Below are positions 42,423 through 53,286 of a DNA stretch of 64,000 bases, piece after piece (within the stretch, counting starts at the first letter, position 1; every line of letters starts with the position of its first letter). Origin of the DNA: Takakia lepidozioides (Eukaryota; Plantae; Bryophyta); the NCBI GenBank assembly GCA_030704615.1, contig CM060733.1, positions 47,554,001-47,618,000 on the forward strand, read 5' to 3'. The notes beneath the pieces are model-generated. The model had not been told where the DNA came from, did no database searches, and worked only from the letters and a program-made list of their open reading frames with translations. Position numbers and translations under genes: made by a program.

Positions 42423-42854
42423 TCACTGTAGGGCTTCTTCCGAAGCATCGACCACTACATTACTCTGCATGCTTAAGGGGAGGAGTTCAACAAACTCGTC
42501 CACCCAGGGCTCCGTCATGGAGATGTGGTACCCCCACTCCACCATCATTCCGCAATCATACCTGGAAGACAACTGCTTGAATGTCCTGAAAACAATTGTA
42601 TCTACAAACCCTAGATACACATGAGCAAGAACCACCGCCGTCTGTTCCTCCTCGTCCATTGTATACGCGAACTCCAGGGCAGCCAGCTCTACTGTGATAC
42701 AACGCACCTCCCCAACCATGTGATATTTCCATTCCTTGTCTTGGGTAAGACTCCATCTTTGAGAGTATGTATAGCTTGAGTTCCGGCAACTCCATTGGAG
42801 CAACTGCATGGAGGGCTCGCTGCAACAACACGATAACGCCTGGGATCCTGCCAT
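42423..42854 (-). CDS. Intact 143-aa orphan cargo ORF inside the MULE
   Basis: ATG-initiated, uninterrupted, protein-like composition amid decayed sequence; no recognised domain. Confidence 0.45.
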   Translation of the reverse strand: MAGSQALSCCCSEPSMQLLQWSCRNSSYTYSQRWSLTQDKEWKYHMVGEVRCITVELAALEFAYTMDEEEQTAVVLAHVYLGFVDTIVFRTFKQLSSRYDCGMMVEWGYHISMTEPWVDEFVELLPLSMQSNVVVDASEEALQ

Positions 42855-43214
42855 TGCCTCGGGCTACAAATATGTTTCAAAACAAATCCAAATGAGGCCG
42901 GGGTACAAATCGATAACTGTAACACAACGTAGAGTAAAGAAAGAACACTGTAGGGATGTGCAGGAACGAGCACCACTCCAGAAAAAAACCTTGCAGCAAG
43001 CGAGTGCGCCTACAAGACCACAACAAAAAGAGATATACAACAAGAGCACAGAAGGAGAGAGACAACACCCGCACAGAAACACAGAGTGGGCCTACAAGAC
43101 CACAACGAAAGGAGAGATACAACAACAGCGGAGAGGGAGACAGTCAAGAATGACCAGAGGTACAGATAGGAAATGCATGTCGCAATGACGACATTATATA
43201 CAATCCATTTGGTG

Positions 43215-43600
43215 AGACTGTGTCTCGACAGCATAAGAGGTGCGGCGTGAAACCCAATGAAAATCATCTTGTGTAGAGAAATAATGAACGAAAAAACCGT
43301 AGTATACTACAATCATCCTTTTATGAGTGTGCCTCGACAGTCTAAGCGTTTGAGAACCCTAATGAAAACCATCCATAAACATACACAATGGACACTATGC
43401 CTGGACAGTATAACAGATTCAGAACCCTAATGAAAATCATCCGCAACATGCACAGTGGACACTGTGCCTCGACAGTATAACCGTTTGAGGACCCTAATGA
43501 AAATCATCCAAAACCATACACAGTGGACACTTTGCCTCGACAGTATAACCTTTTCAGAACCCTAATGAGAATCATCCAGAAACATAGACAGTGACCACGG
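43215..43600. repeat. ~66-bp tandem repeat (~5 copies) inside the MULE
   Basis: GTGCCTCGACAGTATAAC..GAACCCTAATGAAAATCATCC..ACACAGTGGACACT units. Confidence 0.85.
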
Positions 43601-45164
43601 ACTAACCATCGGCGAATTCATGCGACTCACATCTATTAGACAATGTCGCATAACACACAGTCATTTCCTGGTTCAGAAATATAGCGGAGGCAGTGGTGAC
43701 GTTTGTCCTAAACTTCCTTGTATGGAGAGTTCTGTTGGGCCCTGGGACACTGTTTTCAATTCCACTTCCACGAATACTTCATGGAATAAATGTATGAATG
43801 ATGGAAGGTGCAGTCATGGCAGTGGCAAAGGAAAGAGGAAGCCAGTCATGGTTCTGTTGTTAAAGAGACCCACAACAGTAGTTTTCAAGGATTTTAGGGA
43901 CAGAACCCTAAAATGTGATGTCACTTGAACATAAGACTTGCAATATTGAGAGTGGATGTAGCCTCACAGAGTACCAGAAGCTAGCATTGGGCAAAGAGCA
44001 ATGAAGACATCATATTGTGGGAAATGTGTATATCTGTAGTCCTGCATATCATGGTTTGTGTGTGTTGATTTTCAAATGTTCTTTGTGTATAGACTGCAAC
44101 GTTATGATGAAGCATTCAGCAGGCATTTGTGGATGGATATGTGCGTCTCCTCTGGCACAAGTGAGTCATAAGGCATGTTCAAAGCAAAAGGTGGAGGGAG
44201 GCTGTAAGTAGCGTGCACCAACTATTATACCAAACAAGCGTACAAACGAGATTCAATACAGAGAAACATCACAATCGCATAAAATGAAACAATGAACCTG
44301 GCAATGGTAAAATACAAACTGAAGCAGTGTTGGGAAATATGATACATCCTTTTGTCACAAGCAACAAAAGGAGTACACCATACATACTAGCCTGTTGTGA
44401 AGCTGCAACTTATTGGATTGTCATATTTCAGCACGTTCGATGGTGCGTGAATACAATGAGTCCGAATGGAAATCCTTGTAGCCAAGAAAGAAGAGGAGGA
44501 AATCATACATACTACCATGTTGTAAAACTGAAACTTCTTGGATTGTCATGTTTCAGCATGTTTGATGCTACGTAATACAAGGTGCTGTGAATTGAAGGGT
44601 ACATGAAAAATTTGTTAGGAAGAGAACACCAGCAATTAAGCGAAGGAGGCAAGCATATGAAGGGACTGCAAAGGCAAAAGTCCTCAAAACAATATTGTAC
44701 CGTATATGCGAGGCCCATTCCGTGGAAAAACCAGTGGAGTAGCCTGGGATGCAAGCACACATGCCTTCAGAGGACTCGTGATGGTGCCATCGTGTGAACA
44801 GCACAGCAAGTGATACACAGGCTCATTGACCCTAGAAGATGGATGAACACAATGTGAGTGACATGCTGAGGATCAGAAAGGACTGATTGACATTGCTGTG
44901 ACACTGTTTTCTGTAGCACGTACACACCTTCAGTCACTGTACAATCTCTTCTTTGGTGTGGTTTGAGTCGGCAAGGGTGGGCGTTTCCTGCTGTGTCCAT
45001 TTCTCTCCAAAAAGTCTTTGAACCGGACGAGGGACTTCCCTTTGCCATCATCGACAACAGTCATAAACTAGTTCCTTGCGAGGGTACTGAACACCCTCCT
45101 TCATCATGGCAATCAACTCAAGAATCTTTCCCTTTGCAGCTCTTATCAAGGCAAGGAGATGTTG

Positions 45165-47993
45165 CTACAGGTAGTCACTGGACTCTGTCAGTTGCACAAT
45201 GGTTTGCCATTCTGTGGAAATCTGGGCCTGCACGTTCTGCAATGGACTCTTCTGAGATAAAGAAGGGGACCTCTGATGTGGAGGAGTTTGCGAAGATGAA
45301 GGGATACAAGTCGGGGATTCAGAACCTCTCACCAAATTGTGAAGGCCACCTTTAGATGTGCCCATCAGAGTTCCACAGAACTTTGCGATGAGGCTATCCT
45401 CAAGATGAGGGTGGATCATCTGCAGAACCTTCACTTGGTGTGTGCACATATTCCCCTTCTGGGCCCAAGAGCAGTCACAGCAAGCCCAGTCTGATTCAGG
45501 TTTGTGAATTGTGAATGTCCTACCCAATTCCCGTGCGCATTGAACAAGTGCAGGGCCACCAGGGGTGTGCGACAGCTGGACGTTACCATTTGAAATGTGC
45601 TTGGCAAGCAATATGGAACTGCAAACAAACCCCTCCAGCCATTTGTTTCTAACAAATCCATACGCTTTCGCATGAGACATGTACCTGCAATGGGTGGGAC
45701 ATCACCAGTGAGTTCGGAGATGAGCCAATCTACCCTTCTGCTAGTCAAAACACTTTTGGTGCACTTCAATTGCGCTTTGAGGTTGCCATGATAAGCTTCT
45801 ATGGCAGCATTAGTATCTTGAGAGGCATGTGGTATGTTTCTAGAACCTTTCATCCACATTTTTGCTTTCGGAAGCCATTCGGTGTCCATGTAGTTGCAGA
45901 ATACAGTCTCATTGGGGTACTTCTCCCGCAAGGAGATGATTTGGTATACTGCCCAAGCCTCACCTGCATCCCCAGATGTGCCTTTTCTATCGTACATGAT
46001 CTTTGCAAGATCCTGCAACACTGCGGCACGTACTTCTGGATCTCTGATCTTGGAGACCACATTCTTTTGTCAGGCTTGCCGAACATGCCACGAGCACAGG
46101 AAAATTGCACAACCCCCCCACACAGAGCTATTTGTTGTGAGATTGAATGACTGTAACACATGTGTGCACGTTGGATATGTGAAAGGATCAGCAGTGTAGG
46201 AGGCGGAGCTACCTGATAGTAGCAATTTCCGCATCTGCGTTGTCGACAATGAAGGCGTCAGGGCGCCACTAAGCCTTGACGGCTTGCATTTGCTGGTTTA
46301 GTGCATGCATCCAAGGTCGCAGATCCGTGGCTTTGCACCTTGCGGTGATTATGCATGCAATTGGAATACCATTCAGCCACTCATCAAACACCATCATGGT
46401 GTACAAAGGATACTGCAAGAACAACCATGCAACAGAATTGATCAGGAATACAGAGGAGAGAGGGGGCCGGAAAATTGAGACCATGCAAAAAATAGTTGAG
46501 CTCTGTTCGCAGGCACATGGTGATCCTGGAACCAACCTTCTTCTCGTTTGTCCCGAATGTTGCATCACATGCCACTATTCGAGAATGTCCGTGATGCATC
46601 ATTTGTTTTTCTGCCATTCTGTCTGTATGCCCAACACAAAAGGAAGGTCCAGTTTACGGCTATTCGAAGACCAGGCAAGGTGATTGGACTCTTCCTGGTA
46701 GTAGAAAACACTGTCAGTGTTGGCCTCCACCCACATTCGTACATTGCGAGCATCATTTGGGTGCTTTTTAAACGTTTCCTCATCACACTTGTTGGCAATG
46801 TTGCGGATGTCCCAGGAGAGCAAGAAAGTGTCACGATCTGCCTATAATCCAGCTTCCATAGTTTCCTTCACCCGCTGCATGTGCTTCGCCATGATTTTGT
46901 TGATGCTTAGTCCAAGGCGTAAGTTATGCAGTACCCAGGCTTTCATTACTTCACTGATGTGGGGGGCCAAGGCAACCCGACCACAATCATGTGCTGGCCC
47001 ATGGGATATGTCTCCCGCACGATTTACGTGCCTCTTCTCGTAGTACGCAACCTCTGCAATTTTTGGGTCCAAATAGCATTGTTTGACTGCAAATCGGCAT
47101 ACACATCCCCGCTTGATGCCTTCGTGCCAGATTTCGTTTTGGACATCCTCAGTACTTTTGGTTTTTGCTCCTTAACGGTTGCAACAACTCGTGCCTTTCT
47201 ACCCTTCTTCTTTGGAGGTTTCGGTTTCCACTTCTTCGCTGCCATGGCGGATATAACCTGCAAGACAGCAGAAGTCTTGTCCTCTGGCCCGAATGAGCAG
47301 TGGTACCTACAACATAAAGAATCTTGCATTAATGGAATAAAAGGGGGGAGCGCCTAAAAGAGTTCTGGACAATAGCTCGGGGCATGCAATTGGGATAGTA
47401 CTACTGTATACAAACTTGAAAGCAAAGACGAAGACACAATCCTTCGACTCTTAACAGCACTGTTACACCCGAACAGGTAAATGAGACAGTGCTGGCAGCA
47501 AATTACAATGTACAGTCAAGTATGCTTCAATGAGTACCCCATGTTCCCAGATGCAAATTTATGAGAGGATCATGCAGCCATGCATCAATGGAGTTCATGA
47601 CAAAAAAGTGGCCTAAAATAGACGTGGGCAGTACACATGACTGTGACTACAAGGAAACTGCACATTCGGTTAAATGGCAACACACAAATGACTGTTTGTA
47701 GGAGAATCGCAACTTCTCAGATGGAGGTTTATGGAAGGGTCGTGCATGCATCTATGGATGGACGATTGCATTGCATGAAGAAGTGATAAACATGATGGTA
47801 GGTGTATTTTTCTGCGTTCAGCTTGAACTCCTTCACCAAGGTCGTCAACATCACTGGAAACTATTTTAGGTAAAATAGTGGCAAGCGATGAAGGAGGTCC
47901 GGAAGTTCGGAGATACAGAATGAGGGCCGAAGACAGTGGGGACAGGTGGTCAATCAGCTGGATGAAAACAGTCATTCGCTAAATGACGTCCAT
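45165..47993 (-). pseudogene. MULE DDE transposase with C-terminal SWIM zinc finger (multi-exon, disabled)
   Basis: YHCSFGPED; HGP; FYYQE..PFVLGIQTEWQ; ACDATFGTN (D); YPLYTMMVFD; AFIVDNADAEI (D); WHVRQAW; TNAAIEAYHGNLK (E); RRVDWLI; CDCSWAQKGNMCTHQVKV (SWIM). Stop at 46269 and frameshifts near 46620 and 45690. Confidence 0.9.
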
Positions 47994-48164
47994 CCGTTTT
48001 GGAGGCACATTGAATGCTGTTTCAAATTTTCAAATTTGAATGTTCACAGACTCCAATATAATGTGTCTGTACTCTAAGACTCGTTCAAATTTCGAATATG
48101 TATGTTTGAGTAGTCATGTGCGTGTATGATCGGAAAGTCACCATGCGATGGCTGTTATTTCCTG

Positions 48165-48262
48165 CATTTATGGGGCATGCATGAGGGTTGTGTGCAATAC
48201 AGTAATGACAGTGTTGAGATTGTATGACAGTGTTATGGCGAGGGATGGACTTGGCGCGGGGG

Positions 48263-48306
<44 letters not shown>

Positions 48307-48429
48307 GCGCGCGATCGCGGGCCGCGGCGGCACCGCGAGGGGGGTGCGGGGCGGAGGGTGGGGGTGGGGCCACGTAGGCAGGCCCGCTGAGGGAGCATTG
48401 AACTCCCGAGCCTCATTTATCACTTGCCC
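48165..48429. repeat. Terminal repeat of the MULE, containing a ~40-nt poly-G tract
   Basis: Matches 1981-2230. Confidence 0.85.
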
Positions 48430-48757
48430 ATGTTTACACTGTCCCACCAATCTACAAAACACTCTGGAGGTAAGGGTGGCTGCACAATCACTGCGTCTGC
48501 TCCTGCATCAATCTGCAATGATCGTGTTCGAAAATTTAACGAGCATCTTTACATGGAGCTCGAATTAATTAAAAACATCCTACAGATGAGTCTATACATA
48601 AACATCCGAATTCTGAACTAGTAGTAAAGTCGGAGATTAGAAGGCCCCGACTAAGATCTCAGTAGTAAGATTAAGAGTCGCGCTGTTTGTGACTATACCA
48701 ACACAAGCAGTTGCAGCATCTAAGATTGCATAGATGGGGTCCTGCCACAGACTCTTC

Positions 48758-49200
48758 CTACTCAAAGTCCATACTCAATATCTGCCTCAAATATGTACTT
48801 GCATTCGGACCCCATCTACCTGTCTTATACTCATAGTTGTATCGACTCAAGAAGTAGTCTCTATCAACCTTGAGACGCATGATGTGGTTGCAGTATTCCT
48901 CGAAAGTGTAGACGACAGCGCAAGTGCGTGCGATAGCATCCGCACTGTTCAGATCAATGTGATCCGACAAAAGGAGCTCATTATGACAATGATGAATCCT
49001 ACCTCGCCCTTCGTAGCAATCTTCGGGTCGATAATACCAACAACATGCCACAGTCACTTCTCCCGTTCGGGAGTGTTTGAAAATCCCATCTATTTGAGCC
49101 ACCCACAACGGCTGACACCTTCGGGATACATCAAGCAATTGTCTCCACCTTTTACGACTTCACATGTATCTTCTATGATGAAGGAGTCAATCGGTACTGC
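48758..49200 (-). pseudogene. EBS/SHL-like BAH domain gene, no intron across the domain, lacking PHD, frameshifted
   Basis: IDSFIIEDTCEVVKGGDNCLMYP / frameshift ~49120 / PLWVAQI..WYYRPEDCYEGRGRIHHCHNELLLSDHID..YFLSRYNYEYKTG; stops shortly after the BAH domain. Confidence 0.8.
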
Positions 49201-49402
49201 TAAGCATCCTCATTTTTCTTACAAGCAAAGCAAACACACCTGAATACGTACGAGATGCTACTAAGATTGAGCAAGCTTTGGTAAACTACCAAGTTGTGAA
49301 TGCGGAGCAGTTGCAATGATGTAGAGAAGAGCGCAGAATCGAATGGGAACAACTGGTTTATATAGCAGCAGCTCTCGATATAATTACCAATCTTTTTCTC
49401 TT

Positions 49403-49978
49403 GAGCATGTAGCCCAGTGGTTGGGTGTTTGTGCCTTGCCTGTGCATAACCTAGGTGATCATGGGTTCAATGCTTCAACATGTGCCTTCAAACCGTCCAT
49501 TGGGCCCTCGATGGCCTGTGTGTTGAAAGGCAGGTTCACACGGCAAAAATCCACCGTCCCATCTAGCCATAGTGGTGGGCCCTCCGCACGTGTGGAGGGG
49601 GACGGACGGGACTGACGGTGCAACATGTTCACACGCAATAGTACACACATGACGCAACATATAAGTTTAGCAAGAGAAGCTCTCATAAAGAGCCCTCCGG
49701 CTAAACCCTACACACATGTTTTAGCCATGATAGCCAGAGAGAAGGAATGAGGGATGGGACGGACAGTGATGGACAGCGGGAAGTACCTACAGTGGCCAGG
49801 CTGTCCGTCCCTTCCTCGCCGTCGCGTTCCTCAAGGGTGGACTCCGGCCCGCCAAACCCGCTGCAGCCGCCATGTCCGGATGGGACGGACGGGATTTTGC
49901 CGTGTGAACCTGCCTTGAGCAGTAGGCTCTGTAAATTCACTGGACGTTAAAGAATCTTTATCTTTTATCTTTATCTCT
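49403..49978 (+). mobile_element. tRNA-derived SINE with (ATCTTT)n tail, interrupted by a MITE
   Basis: AGCATGTAGCCCAGTGG (A box, identical to the SINE at 25640), GGGTTCAATGC (B-box-like), tail ATCTTTATCTTTTATCTTT; 5' flank ATCTTTTTCTCTT resembles the tail. Confidence 0.6.
49527..49915. mobile_element. PIF/Harbinger-type MITE
   Basis: TIR AGGCAGGTTCACACGGCAAAA / TTTTGCCGTGTGAACCTGCCT, flanked by TGA on both sides; internal GGGACGGAC motifs in both orientations. Confidence 0.8.
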
Positions 49979-50085
49979 TACTTTAACTTTTGAAGTTCTT
50001 TCTATATCGGGAAAGAGGAACAGTTGACTCTTTTACTTTAATTTGGGGCCCAAACATTTCCAGGGATAGGGAAGGCTAAATCTAA

Positions 50086-50857
50086 AGCTCCGGCCACACC
50101 TCGAGTTAGGAAAAATGTTAAGATCAGAGGTAACACCAAGTTACCCGCACGTCGTACAAAACCCTAATTTAGCTGACCTTTAACATTGAGTTATCATTCA
50201 TGTAAACTCCTTCCCGTTCACACTTGAGCGTTGGTGGTACGTGGCTCTCCTTGGTGGCCCTACCATCATGTCTACTCATTCACACATGGTGTGATGGCGG
50301 CGGGATGGCAAATCAGTGTTAAGTAGTCGCTCCCGTTACCATCTGGTCCTCTACCTCGCTCTTCCAGCGTTGTTTCTTTGTTTATTTTTGCTCTCTAGAT
50401 GCTCTCATTTCGCTAGCTGTTCTTGCATAAAAATGCATACGCCTCCATCGCCTCCATGGCAGGATTGCACCATGTAGAGCCTGCAACTGTACCGTGTAAC
50501 TTAGAGCATAGACAAAGTGGTAGAGCGAAGGTGATGCGGGGGGTGACGAAGGAGGTCCGGGTGATCAAGGAGGAACTTAGGGGAACACAGGGGACCATAA
50601 GGGAATGCCAAAAGGCGGGGAATGTAGGGAATGCTACATAACATCATGTTATTTGGCCTATTTCTGGGGTGATAGCTTAACACTGTCATTTCAATGTATA
50701 TGAAATAAATACTTAACATTGAGTGTTAATTATCATTTTCCTAACATGTCCGCCCCAATCTGAAGTTAGCTACCACCGGCAGGTGTGGATCCAGAGCAAT
50801 TTTTTTTTTTTAAAACTTCCTTTTAACAATGAGTTAACTCCAGGTGTGGCCGGAGCT
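50086..50857. mobile_element. PIF/Harbinger (Tourist-like) non-autonomous element
   Basis: TIR AGCTCCGGCCACACCT(C/G)GAGTTA at both ends; TAA target duplication (50083-85, 50858-60). Confidence 0.88.
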
Positions 50858-52479
50858 TAATACTGCCAGAACATCATTTTCTGAACTCACTACACACAAT
50901 ACAAAATGCTTAGAATATGCCATGATCTCGGATCTAAAGATGGCATGTCTCCAAAGGACTGGTAATAGGCGAGATGTTTAGACATCAAACCTACTTACTC
51001 TCACTCTAGCGATAACCAAAGGTTGGCGCTAGTGTAGCCTAGAGCAGGAATAGGGGGCCAATGCTGCACACTCATCAAGCCATGTCGTAGTCACCACGTT
51101 TCGTCGTTTTGTCGTCAAGTGTGTTTTTGCTGCCCGTATTGCCCTCCCGAAAAACCCCAAAGCGCCAAGTTTGTTCGGAGCGTGCCCGGACTGCCGGGTT
51201 CTTGAAGTTCTTGAAGGTCTTCAACAGTCTCGCTGCCCAATGCAAACCGCGGCTTCGGTTTTCCTGCAAAGGCTCCGCAAATCACATCATTTTGCGGGCT
51301 TAGGCTTGTGAACGCCGTTATAATCATCGTCCACGTCTGACAGCATTTCGCCGGCCGAGGCTTATCATCGCTTCTACCCAATTCCAGTTGTGATGTTCGG
51401 TGCGAACTCTGCTGATCTGATCTTTGCAAATTCATCATCAACTGTTTGCATCATTTAGCTTGCCTAGGCTTATGCACAGCATGGGAAAACTGGTGAGGGC
51501 ACTTTCTTCTTCAACCATTTAGTCTTGTTTTGTCCTCTTATCAGATTCATTCCCAATGTTTCAAGTTGTGTTTTTAAGTTACCTCGTTGGGGGAATCTAT
51601 GGTGGTTTGGATTTTTTGCACATGTTACTGCCAATATAATAGGCGCAGCGAAAAACCTTTCTCACAAATTGTCACCAATGCAACACCAGAACTAATGTGT
51701 GGTAAGTATGGTCGGGGTGTTTGCTAGACAAATTTTAGGTTATCATTGTCAACTCTTAGCAGCAGGGCCATACTGTTGCCTAGGCAGGGTTAGGTGAAAG
51801 AGGCAGGGATGAAGTGTGGGTGCAGATCAATCCGAGAGGTCCTGATTTCAAGCACCAGAGTGCATATGAGCCACTGAGGATTGACAGCTACAAAAAACCT
51901 GCAAGGGTAGATGGTCATCTTGAAGGGGCAGTGGCAGCACCATTGATAAAATCAGGCATTTTCACAGAGTCAGATGATGAAGGCACCTTCTTCAACACAT
52001 TTCATCCTGTTTTTCCCTATTATCAGAATTGGCCCTAAATTTTCGTGTTGAATTCTGCAAGCTAGCTGGTTGAGTGAACCTTTGATAATTTGGAGTGACT
52101 GACATGATACTGCTAATGTGACAACAGGAAAGTATCCAGAAACAGGTAACAGAGACGAGGAGAAGCTGTGGAATGAATACTTTCCTGACCCCAGTTAATG
52201 GAGGGACAATCGAGGCAAAAAGGTGAATGCTTGTTGGATTATGCAATTGAGCATAGGAACTAGTGTGATAAGTTGAGTTGGGGGGTTTCCTAGAACTTCA
52301 AGCTCCAGATTACCTATGATTCCCTGTGGATCAATAGCTGCAAGAAACTTGCATGGGTAGATGGTCACCTAAAGGCAGCAGCTGCAGCGGCACCTTTGCT
52401 AAAATCAGGCACCTCAACCATGACCACAGCTTCTGAAAGAGGATCAAGAGAGGGAGTCCACAATCCCTCTTCTTCTGGG

Positions 52480-53286
52480 TGAGAAGATGTTTTGTGCGGC
52501 AGGCAGTCTAACAAAGGCTCTACAGACTTTAAACCAAGGAGGCATTTCAGAACATATGTCTGTCTCTTGCTTAAGTGCATCGAGATGGAAGGTCTGGAAG
52601 CTGGAAAGCAGATGCACACTCACATTATCCAAAGTGGATTCCCGCCAAATGTTTTTCTACTCAACACCCTTGTCAACATGTATGTTAAGGGCATGAGCAT
52701 CATGGATGCTCACCAAGTGTTCAACAGAATGGCTCAACCATCTGTGATCACGTGGAACATGATGCTTGTAGGGTATGTATAGCAAGGGCGTGGTATGGAG
52801 GCCTTGGTGACCTATGATCAAATGATGGGGGAAGGGGTGAAGCCCGACCACATCACGTTTCTGTGCATTTGCAAGCCTGTCAGCTCTGGAAAAGGGTGAA
52901 GAGGTGCATGGCGATCAAATCTGGAATTGTACCCGATGTCATTCTGAACACTGCCCTGGTGGAAATGTATGTCAAATGTGCGTGCATCGAGGATCCAAAG
53001 GGAGTGCTCGACAATATTGGCTGAAAGAGATGTGGTGTCGTGGAGTGTGATGATTGCAGGATATGGACAGCAAGGGTGCTGGATGGAGGCTTTGGAGACC
53101 TATGAGCAAATGATGTGCGAAGGGGTGAAGCCCAAACACATCACATTTGTTTTTGTTTGCAATGCGTGTGCAAGCCTGGGAGCTCTGGAAAAGGGGAAAG
53201 AGGTCCATGGTGACATCGTCAAAGCTGGAATTGTACCAGATGTCATCCTTAACACTGCCCTGGTGGACATGGATGCAAAATGTGGG
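52480..53286 (+). pseudogene. PLS-class pentatricopeptide repeat protein fragment
   Basis: GKQMHTHIIQSGFPPNVFLLNTLVNMYVK; ERDVVSWSVMIAGYGQQG; GVKPKHITFV; LEKGKEVHGDIVKAG; NTALVDMDAKCG. Has a stop at 52782 and frameshifts, and is truncated at a poly-T run. Confidence 0.92.

Larger units (their letters stand above)
34100..48429 (-). mobile_element. Large decayed Mutator-like (MULE-SWIM) element with cargo; left end not found
   Basis: Terminus 48165-48429 is shared with 1981-2230. The transposase starts ~435 bp inside it. Ulp1-PHD gene, orphan ORFs and internal tandem repeats follow. The left boundary is approximate. Confidence 0.65.

Noticed and set aside
43215-43600. CRISPR-like array (also considered at 24271-24392 and 59737-61120)
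   Set aside because: Whole units are repeated with no unique spacers and there are no cas genes; eukaryotic context.
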